This document shows, piece after piece, positions 59,401-64,000 of a stretch of DNA of 64,000 nucleotides. Both the position numbers and the translations under genes were made by a program. The stretch is from the IMG/VR virus record IMGVR_UViG_3300045988_119396; one strand, written 5' to 3'. Position 1 is the first letter of the stretch. Every line of letters starts with the position of its first letter. The stretch comes from a virus. The notes beneath the pieces were generated by a model. That model did not search any database, was not told the DNA's origin, and was given only the letters and a program-made list of their open reading frames with translations.

Positions 59401-60040
59401 TAGTTTCTTCTTCCGTTGGCTTTTCTGAATTTTTAAAAGTGCTACGTAATGCTTGTTCATCAAGTTTTTGCTTTTCAGATATGATTTTCTCTATTGCATC
59501 GCTATATTCTTGAGCTTGCTTTTGGAAATCACCTAATTTAAGAGCGTCCTTATCACTTAATGAACGACCTGTTGACTCTAATGCTTTCTTTTTAGCTTCT
59601 AAGGCTGTAATTTCCTTGTTAGCTTTACGAGCGGCACTAACTAATGTTGATAGGTCATCACCAGTTTTACTAATCCCACTCATACCAGACAACTTCATCT
59701 TAGTTGCACTGGCACTAGCTTTTTGTATCTTCTCTAATTGTCTTGATATAACAGCTAAATCACTAAGTACATCTTTATCAACATCAAAATTAATCTTAAT
59801 AGGGTCTTTAGCAGCGTTTCTAAATTCCCTCATATCATTCTTGATGTTGTTTAGTTGGTTAGATATACCTTTTGTGTTTATCTTCGGAGTAATCTTAAAA
59901 TTACCATTTAAAGCCGACCTTAACTTACTCTTAAAGTGATTTACATCTGGGTCTACTCTTACTGTACCTAGATTTAAATTCTTTAAGCTCGTTTCGTCAA
60001 AGTCTAACTTGACTTTTATGTTTAAGTTTTGACTAGCCAA
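50429..60040 (-). CDS. tail tape measure protein (3203 aa)
   Basis: Giant coiled-coil-rich ORF; TTG start after AAGGTGG; internal tandem repeats. Confidence 0.85.
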   Translation of the reverse strand: MASQNLNIKVKLDFDETSLKNLNLGTVRVDPDVNHFKSKLRSALNGNFKITPKINTKGISNQLNNIKNDMREFRNAAKDPIKINFDVDKDVLSDLAVISRQLEKIQKASASATKMKLSGMSGISKTGDDLSTLVSAARKANKEITALEAKKKALESTGRSLSDKDALKLGDFQKQAQEYSDAIEKIISEKQKLDEQALRSTFKNSEKPTEEETRALAALKEKYATMRAQTEEYSKIGAAQKLVTENNAIQKAQLEAQTQLLKEQSSAEKELVKSGERLVKLKQERVRLDQLEKEKQQTAREEDKKAALEREIRHKQDEFNELAEKVDKYNPDLVEQMKHRQNGNSSEIQSARADGTITAKVRAREAAYQSLEGSIKRQISLEKELARVTDTAAKRTTRRQLADEREKEALIRKQIRDNGLNSDAHDRRVNALSEELGTTRIQSRKQRKTRIGFNATMDVYNMAQQGAYAVASAVSALSEVDAAITRVTKVANAPQKDIDAFTKSIYKNASAVGKTAPEYANAVEQWITTGKSLKQSISLAKDSVMGSFVGNVDVNDMVKYMAVPLNSFRKEGLKSKDIINSMNQVSNKNAIEMEDLGQAYSKASSVVASTGTTFSQLTGMITGAQEATRAGGDVIGRSIKAISLNFSKMSSGVTATDKRRSDFFHGLGVDLKTSDGKMKSTYQIMNDLSKVWGKLSKQQKSDAALYAAGKEHSNQFTGMLENWKTVQKAMRESQGQVNLVDKDHGSAFQEFEKQQQSVQFHLATLKNSWTQMLNDVVGGREGLNKIVDTGTSVVNVLDSLANNKIFRGAAMFTGAIAGISGLHKALSGLADAARDVTAAKWEKLTNLLSGQAKNDWLDDWDDKVDELHGRSRPKADETPEDELAKAMRKFYESKEAQENGGKEQKATKKQTESKKEAVKQEEKSAEAKDKTSKASKKAAEALENETQNVGKATDATKEMGKEVETTNRKARTLSKTGSKIASGMGKIATVTSMAGDLLGIGGIILDVGALSVAIAQMMGLDPIGKFMRAVNPAKAASDDFNASLDKNVKTIDAMSKKLDKNSVYNGKAASAMKTVSDLNKALNDSATNATNAGLNNKLSDDDFASFKKDFNKKAKDLGLKVRVKVNNVEVMKDAQQQFQDQLKIKERHDAIEGANQYNTQVREAEKITSQSKLNDLWKSTEKRTFWDKLFRRHGEGYYDYDADIEKEREYQSRRDKNDYAYKRVQKKINANLENKRLQDRSFRFGEDAEKIWDSSDGRKMIQAVDAANKATASRLSSLAKVINSGAFEKDDYKSLGVDFGQQATVAEGRNLRYWVQQKNTLDDINKRLSEGKDLTRQQQEYLSKQGGVLSNIKLQNGEITAEQREAINNLQTQSGKLVDDRKQKLRDILTGTGITGKVQDKIVNGFSGSNADYIREMSTFGNVGMNALGVGAKYRVQYGDRWAKAMIQQQKQIDAWAKRNPDNQILRGITTEDGMVDTNAIATINSELNKGYGKRNGVYGFKKGSAGDRLRDLGFKTNTDGSMNLKQLGQLENVFGASDLPGLITSLGEGSASGQQQLQAMGALSHLRQHGGRNGKLSSKNNFNLNKNAISALGQMIATQGKKGTVDAIQNDQSLSKNQKDALVAATNADGYFDANGNTQQDRAVTKANDAMIRRGSNGKFKGKKDQQSVAKSIQANMKNGMTLKQAKKKVQEDIAHSQAFGDDSGDAEDYVDSIKSNKQLEKLLKSKSGKGGKGSKNGKKNDKITAPGIIPTVEADKLKNTKSMQAANKALKAMKNGQYSSLTKKQLAQLKKDDRTAYDNYQKAVKNFNKADKNGDGKLSKAEQKKYEELGKKKADAENKGRQSENKKNKKKEDRKDTKSSKSNKSNKSNKKKDYSDENGKKRKLSDSKGGRLTAKEKRNLQARQKEMARLAKKYKAADKNNDGKLSAKEKRNLAKKLNEEAKIEAQAAKKRSSKASSKSSPSKAKSNSKRKAIKVPIKGEDKTKDTLNKIKSKGKKSNIKVPIKGEDKTKDTLSKIKSKGKKANIKVPIKGEDKTKGTMDKIKSKGKGQKIKIPVTAEDKTGDGISKIKSKVQNIKAKIPITAEDKTGDTISGIKSKITGVKAQISITAKDDTASTISSIQSSVQGLKAEVTITADDQASSVIDTVKSAIDSIPPNHDTVISVTGAEAAAAAATNVANAVNSIPSEKSVSISVTKSETVTVTKKAPSVAINGSLGILGRGVDASYAVSPNAFRSMSVATDNPDVVSVINGTAANMGVRDYSEADDTKVNEEYWRYMGKELYKGLPLDEQASKLENAVTQADEDMNKLINIARQKIDVDRKQLAYQEEMRGAYQNQLNDVMGKLRGYGFRTNGNQITNLDIAKNFKGDQASKVDELLSTYQNVYQNLSDVTKKIDELNTDIWQQNKNIQDYQEEIESQAIEKAQRELEMVKRSVEYSKNLADRVIDSLSEKDYAMKLGFSAKEINEQSAGLEKLIGQFNKLSAMTFSKKEQAEKIEDSLNDLRQTILDTADSVLELQNNMKQAEIDQYTGNLTKFTDTINNNIDRLKSNVQQLQDGLLSGTTFDDLLSSNLSVTDFEQQSALSRQIQQRIDLEKQLDSAMDAFAKKNVDRQNDVAAAQLRVEQNKYAQMLNLAKDYAKGYVGEINTQFATYATPTGQANLNDITIGGGQRSVEYTKAMVKYQDELVKLREEYNKQLKAAANDEQRSRINQKFVVQQMDMQRELYQQIINSNLQAIDDMQKKLKTEDLTTEQRQTLKESIAQYEKDNIDAQNNIKDIIKERFDYENTLIQDQLDKYQKVTDTVSNLVTLAKTLQMQPATQAKLLEQQYKTIEKQYNTYIALANKLREQQSGYDVNSFEWNTLQKQIDEMDSKVNQSIADLLEASRSQFENTMEATSKEFEKSINGGRTADRTKFEDDIWIDGVSKQLKLEQLRQKSIELENEVVKKRIEALDAQSRMSKIQADYVDKQIDVLNAQQALDNTLGKRDTKVLTQGEDGKFNWTYMANQDDVDTARENLTQAKVDMEDYKKQMKSQFVDAVEKVIDGAKTGELNIDEVKTRLQQLQDAYGVGILDDIPEYNAGQLENIIQQYTDYVNRNKDILGKYGDSKAVGSLTGYQEILQGFTDQFKVVGKEISEMFGQQLRDALKLDPNLSPRIPNAPTQTLSMVIQHQTLEFPNVTDPTGFEEAIKNLPQIAKQQVQSKSL
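53690..54130. repeat. ~78-bp tandem coding repeats inside TMP (26-aa units IKVPIKGEDKTKDTL.KIKSKGKK)
   Basis: Six to seven near-identical units at DNA and protein level. Confidence 0.7.
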
Positions 60041-60096
60041 TCATTTCAATACCACCTTATTATTTTATTTGTAAACGCTTACATATTGGTGCTATG

Positions 60097-60125
60097 TAAA
60101 AGCCCATTTTATGGGCTATCTTTTG
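60097..60125. terminator. hairpin AGCCCATTTTATGGGCT flanked by A/T runs
   Basis: Stem-loop with U-run on both strands. Confidence 0.4.
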
Positions 60126-60134
60126 CTATGTATG

Positions 60135-60896
60135 TTAGTAATCATAATCGTCATCATAAGAGCTATTTTCTAAATCGCTAATACTCTTATCTAAATCATT
60201 ACGATACTCTTGTAATTCTAGCTGCTCTTGATAGTATTCATATGCTGTAACCGCTGTGTAAACTCCACCTAGTAACAAAAGTAATACTGACGCAGCAAAC
60301 AAACCGCTCCACCACGCTTCATCATAACTTTTTGCCACCCCTTTTTGCAACAACATAATCAATAATACAACTTGTCCAACAAGCGGTATGAGATTAAGTA
60401 ATACATATGCACCACTTTTGTTTATATCGTGCAATCTTCTCACAGAGGCAGATAGTGTTGCAATAAGGAAAAATATGTCATAAAAATACCACAACAACAT
60501 AGAATTGATATATCCGCAAATACCTAGCAATATCAAATTGACTGCAGCCATTACTATTGCTGCAGACCAAAAATCATATCTGCTCATTTTACCGTTGAAG
60601 TTAATTATATCGCCCCAGAAGCTAGACAACGGATTGATATTACTTCCCACCGTTTCATTAGATGTATTTACATCTTCCTCCTCTTCCGACTCATCTTCTA
60701 CCATGTATTCGTTCCCGAAAATGGTAGTATAAGTTGTTTTTTTATTATCTATCTTACTTTTATCACCAGAAGGGTGTTGGGGAGCAAGGTTCATTTCACT
60801 ACCACATTTATAACAGAAAGTTGCGTCCTCTGGGTTCTTTGCTCCACATTTAGTACAAAACATACCTATCTCCCCTTGTATATGTATTATACACAC
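60135..60896 (-). CDS. zinc-ribbon + DUF805 membrane protein
   Basis: N-terminal CTKCGAKNPEDATFCYKCGSEM; DUF805 signature RRLHDINKSGAYVLLNLIPLVG; 4 TM. Confidence 0.6.
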   Translation of the reverse strand: MCIIHIQGEIGMFCTKCGAKNPEDATFCYKCGSEMNLAPQHPSGDKSKIDNKKTTYTTIFGNEYMVEDESEEEEDVNTSNETVGSNINPLSSFWGDIINFNGKMSRYDFWSAAIVMAAVNLILLGICGYINSMLLWYFYDIFFLIATLSASVRRLHDINKSGAYVLLNLIPLVGQVVLLIMLLQKGVAKSYDEAWWSGLFAASVLLLLLGGVYTAVTAYEYYQEQLELQEYRNDLDKSISDLENSSYDDDYDY

Positions 60897-60919
60897 CGTT
60901 TACGGTGCATACTTATTTA

Positions 60920-61882
60920 TTATTCGTTGGCTAGTTCTTCTTCTATACTATCTAAGGTAGCTGTTTCGTCTTCCTTTTCTGTATAGAACCTAACAGTAGT
61001 ATCAATACTTTCATGATGTGCCAAACTAGCAGCCTTCTTAATGTTCTTCTTACCTATGATATTTAATCTACTCTTACGTATGCTATGTGGTCTGAAATCA
61101 CCTATACCAATGATTTCCCCAATCTTACGAATACGTAATGTAAGAGATTGTTTACTCATTCTAGTCCATTCACCATTCTTACGGGCAAAGAATAAAGCGT
61201 CACAATCAATACCATTTTCTTCTCGCCATTGCAAATATTCACGTAATCTTTCTTGTGTAGCTTTTAAGAATGGAACATTCACAATCTTACTACGCTTTTC
61301 ACGAATATTAGTAAATTGACGTTTGTCTAAATCAAGATTAGATAAGGATAATTGATGAATTGCCCCGATACGAGCTGCACTATCATATGCAATTCGCCAT
61401 AAGATTTCATCTTGCCAATCATAACGGTTAAGACTATCTTTTGGTTTAGACAATTCTTCTGTTATCTTATCTATTTGTTCTTGTGTTAAGAAGTGTACTG
61501 CTATTTTCTTTTCTTCTTGAGCATTTTGTATGCGTTCAAGACGTCCCGCAAAAGGATGTGCCTTAATTAACCTACGTTTGGTAGCCCAATGATAGAAACT
61601 AGAAACAGCACTCAATTTAGTATTGATTACCTTTTTACCATTCCCACATTCATCTTGTAGGAATAACATGAAAGACTCCATAATGTCTAACATGTCTTCT
61701 TCTAGTACCTCCTCGTCTAATAGGTAAAAGTTATCCCAGCGTTCCATGATGTAACACATAAAGATGTTCATATATGATTGGTACACCTTATATGTTGTAT
61801 CTTTAACATCAGTATTCTTTACCTTTCGGCTACGGAGATACTTATTATAGATTTTAATATTATCTGGATTTACCTTATCCAC
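60920..61882 (-). CDS. int: tyrosine recombinase / phage integrase
   Basis: AARIGAI (Arg), HSIRKS (HxxR), HHESIDTTVRFY (catalytic Tyr); N-terminal SAM-like core-binding domain. Confidence 0.75.
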   Translation of the reverse strand: MDKVNPDNIKIYNKYLRSRKVKNTDVKDTTYKVYQSYMNIFMCYIMERWDNFYLLDEEVLEEDMLDIMESFMLFLQDECGNGKKVINTKLSAVSSFYHWATKRRLIKAHPFAGRLERIQNAQEEKKIAVHFLTQEQIDKITEELSKPKDSLNRYDWQDEILWRIAYDSAARIGAIHQLSLSNLDLDKRQFTNIREKRSKIVNVPFLKATQERLREYLQWREENGIDCDALFFARKNGEWTRMSKQSLTLRIRKIGEIIGIGDFRPHSIRKSRLNIIGKKNIKKAASLAHHESIDTTVRFYTEKEDETATLDSIEEELANE

Positions 61883-62043
61883 ACGAGCTTTTGTAGCGTA
61901 TCTTTTAATGACACGTTGCTCGTTGCTTTGGTATTTTAATCCTTCTTTGTGCTTTATGAAATTATCTCCCTTATAGCTTGATAATTTCCTCCCTAAAAAT
62001 AAAAACGCAATTCTATGTTATTTTGTGTGGTTAATGAAATGTA

Positions 62044-62373
62044 TTATTTATTACTGATAAACTCTGCCAAACCAACCTTATCTATTGCTGTTATCTTCCC
62101 AAGAACATGGCCTTTTTCAACCATATCCTTTGGCATAGCAATAGCTCTATGAGTATCAATGTAGGACTTTTTTGTAAGCCCAGCACCATGCCAATCTTTC
62201 ATGACATAGTAGTGCTTTTTTCTAAATTTATCTTTTGGATTGTACTTAGAAGTTACCTTGTACATATAATACTCATCATCAGTAGCCCTAACCACTAATG
62301 CTGGTCTAACCTTGCTCTCATTTATATCTTCAAATGGTACATCTACCAAATAAACTTCTAAAGGCTTTGCCAT
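62044..62373 (-). CDS. mazF: MazF/PemK-family toxin
   Basis: VYLVDVPFED..ESKVRPALVV matches PemK signature; ATGA overlap with upstream antitoxin. Confidence 0.65.
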   Translation of the reverse strand: MAKPLEVYLVDVPFEDINESKVRPALVVRATDDEYYMYKVTSKYNPKDKFRKKHYYVMKDWHGAGLTKKSYIDTHRAIAMPKDMVEKGHVLGKITAIDKVGLAEFISNK

Positions 62374-62642
62374 TATCCCTCACGCACCCATTCATCAAAT
62401 TCTGGGTGTTTCTTTGGGTCGTAATGTCCATTCTTGTCAAACTCAATGTGTTCAACTGGAATGTTAGCTGTAATCTTATCCCAGTCTTCTAATGTTGGAA
62501 CTTTTTTCATAACTAAATTCCCATTATCATCTGGCATAAAGATTACTTCTTGCCCATTTTCCAACCCAAATTGTTTTCTAAGTTCTGCTGGAATAGTAAC
62601 TTGACCCTTAGATGTAATCTTGGTTGCGTTCATTATAATCAC
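62373..62642 (-). CDS. mazE: MazE/AbrB-family antitoxin
   Basis: SpoVT/AbrB swapped-hairpin motif TKITSKGQVTIPAELRKQFGL. Confidence 0.6.
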   Translation of the reverse strand: MIIMNATKITSKGQVTIPAELRKQFGLENGQEVIFMPDDNGNLVMKKVPTLEDWDKITANIPVEHIEFDKNGHYDPKKHPEFDEWVREG

Positions 62643-62649
62643 TCCTTAC

Positions 62650-62682
62650 GTAATCTGTATTACTTCTTACGTAAGATATTAT
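62650..62682 (-). promoter_or_regulatory. two copies of palindrome CTTACGTAAG upstream of mazE (putative autoregulatory operator)
   Basis: CCTTACGTAATCTGTATTACTTCTTACGTAAGA. Confidence 0.45.
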
Positions 62683-62721
62683 ACCATTCATTTTTCTAAA
62701 ATTCAAATTTTATTAAGTTAA

Positions 62722-63204
62722 TTAACCAGTCGATACTTCAAAACCAGCCGCAGCCAGTTCTTGTGCAAGTAATTCAATTAAAATTACTTGATATTGGTCG
62801 AAAGCAGTGTCTATGAATTTTCTACCCTTATGTGGAACAATACCGCCACCGCCATCATTTAAGACACCAGGCAATTCATGTCTGAAATCTTGTCCAGAAA
62901 CACCTTCGTGAATACCAAACTCATGATTAACAGCGTCATATGGCATAGCAGATAATGCACCACCGTCAATGTAGATAACCAAAGTATCCCCACTTACACG
63001 AAACATTACTGTATTAACCATTTCACCAGTTGTAATATATGAGCTAGTAGACACATATGCTGGAAATTCATACTCCAGAATATTCTTCATGATATTTACA
63101 GCTGTTTCTCTTATTGTAGTAGCCAAAGCCTTACGGCTAATAGACTTGACCTTCCCCATGTAATCAGGTATCTCAACGTTAGCTCTTGCTTCTAACATTA
63201 CCAT
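62722..63204 (-). CDS. virion morphogenesis / tail-associated protein
   Basis: Track ORF upstream of TMP region. Confidence 0.4.
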   Translation of the reverse strand: MVMLEARANVEIPDYMGKVKSISRKALATTIRETAVNIMKNILEYEFPAYVSTSSYITTGEMVNTVMFRVSGDTLVIYIDGGALSAMPYDAVNHEFGIHEGVSGQDFRHELPGVLNDGGGGIVPHKGRKFIDTAFDQYQVILIELLAQELAAAGFEVSTG

Positions 63205-63219
63205 ATTATATCATCTCGC

Positions 63220-63942
63220 TTACTCAGTTTCACCGTTTAATTCAGAATAATTTGCTTGGAATTTACTCTTAATACGGTCTTCGTATGAAATACTTGGTTC
63301 GTCTACCACAACAGGTTCATCAGATGTATCTTCATCTTCGTTTACAATTTCTTCGACAGCTTGGTCTTCTTCCAATTCCTTAACTACTTCTGCTTTAGTC
63401 ATTTCATCTTCAATATATTCATTTTGCTTTGCATTGACTAATCGCATTGTTTCTTGTGCTACTTCTGCTGCGGCTTCACGACCATCTTCTGTCTGGCTCA
63501 TACGTTCAATCAATGAGCCAGATACTTGGTCTTTCATTTCATCTACCAACACTTCAATATCATCATTCTTGATACCATTAACTGTTTGTAGAATTAACAT
63601 CTTATAAACGTCAGACACAATACCTTCTAAGACATGTGTTACTGTAAGCAATGCAAGTGTAGGATTGTCAGCAATATCTCTCACTTCATCATCAGACATT
63701 TCTGGGTCAATCTCAATATCAGTTAACATAGGAATTAACTCACGCATAACTGTATAGCCAGCGATTTCTAATTCCATTTCATTGTCTTCATTGTAGCTTG
63801 CAATTTCATCTTGTAACTCAATAATCTTTTTAATATCATCTTTTGTTGGTTCGTAAATTGTAATTTGCCCTGTTGGAGCATCTACAACTCGATAAACCAC
63901 TCGTTTCTTTGGGTCATTCTTTAAACTTTGAAGTTTAACCAA
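63220..63942 (-). CDS. highly acidic protein (possible tail assembly chaperone)
   Basis: TTG start; acidic C-terminal half; position upstream of TMP. Confidence 0.4.
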   Translation of the reverse strand: MVKLQSLKNDPKKRVVYRVVDAPTGQITIYEPTKDDIKKIIELQDEIASYNEDNEMELEIAGYTVMRELIPMLTDIEIDPEMSDDEVRDIADNPTLALLTVTHVLEGIVSDVYKMLILQTVNGIKNDDIEVLVDEMKDQVSGSLIERMSQTEDGREAAAEVAQETMRLVNAKQNEYIEDEMTKAEVVKELEEDQAVEEIVNEDEDTSDEPVVVDEPSISYEDRIKSKFQANYSELNGETE

Positions 63943-63950
63943 TAAACCTT

Positions 63951-64000
63951 ATCCCACCTTATCATAAATTTAACTTAATTATTATAACATATTACTTACT
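63951..64000 (-). promoter_or_regulatory. 50-bp promoter/leader repeat copy 2 (runs to window edge)
   Basis: Identical to 45845-45894. Confidence 0.6.

Noticed and set aside
52413-59939. Plus-strand ORFs inside the tape-measure gene (52413.., 53388.., 53723.., 53835.., 54426.., 54717.., 55020.., 57126.., 58046.., 59616.. etc.)
   Set aside because: They are antisense to a continuous 3203-aa ORF and made of low-complexity Leu/Phe/Ser runs typical of the reverse strand of Lys/Glu-rich coding DNA. None has an RBS.

Overview
This 64-kb window is low-GC DNA from a large tailed phage of a Gram-positive host. The host is probably a Lactobacillaceae member, since a Lactobacillus-type nucleoside 2-deoxyribosyltransferase is encoded. 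It is either a free phage genome or a prophage interior; no host genes are visible.

Layout:
- Coordinates 1-13.9 kb are transcribed rightward: small early or accessory proteins, NrdH, an intact IS200/IS605 TnpB, a 2.3-kb ORF-free structured region with a tRNA-Ser and degenerate tRNA-like pieces, dNK, NDT and a minimal tyrosine recombinase.
- Coordinates 14.2-64 kb are transcribed leftward: thymidine kinase, MazG, many hypothetical and small membrane proteins, DNA methyltransferases (one frameshifted), three tandem paralogs, and an IscB-like RuvC/HNH nuclease whose ORF stops inside RuvC-III.
- A replication module follows: DUF1064, ATP-dependent DNA ligase, DnaE-type Pol III alpha, PD-(D/E)XK exonuclease, TOPRIM primase.
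- Then a GH25+3xLysM endolysin with signal peptide, a six-fold zinc-ribbon repeat protein with a Vsr/DUF559 nuclease domain, and the tail module (fibres, Tal with an HEMFH motif, Dit, a 3203-aa tape measure).
- An integrase + MazEF + DUF805 cassette sits between the tape-measure gene and two upstream virion genes whose chaperone role is a guess.

The most striking element is a tandem array at about 12.67-13.25 kb of five independently transcribed mini-cassettes. Each has a strong extended -10 promoter, a 20-30 nt variable leader, a conserved 19-nt box GTTTCAGAAGAATGTTAAA and an intrinsic terminator. The box resembles the 5' half of Lactobacillus type II-A CRISPR repeats, so these are candidate phage-encoded crRNA mimics or RNA anti-CRISPRs. 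Other observations include a duplicated 50-bp promoter, promoter-terminator leaders and a tandem four-gene paralog family.
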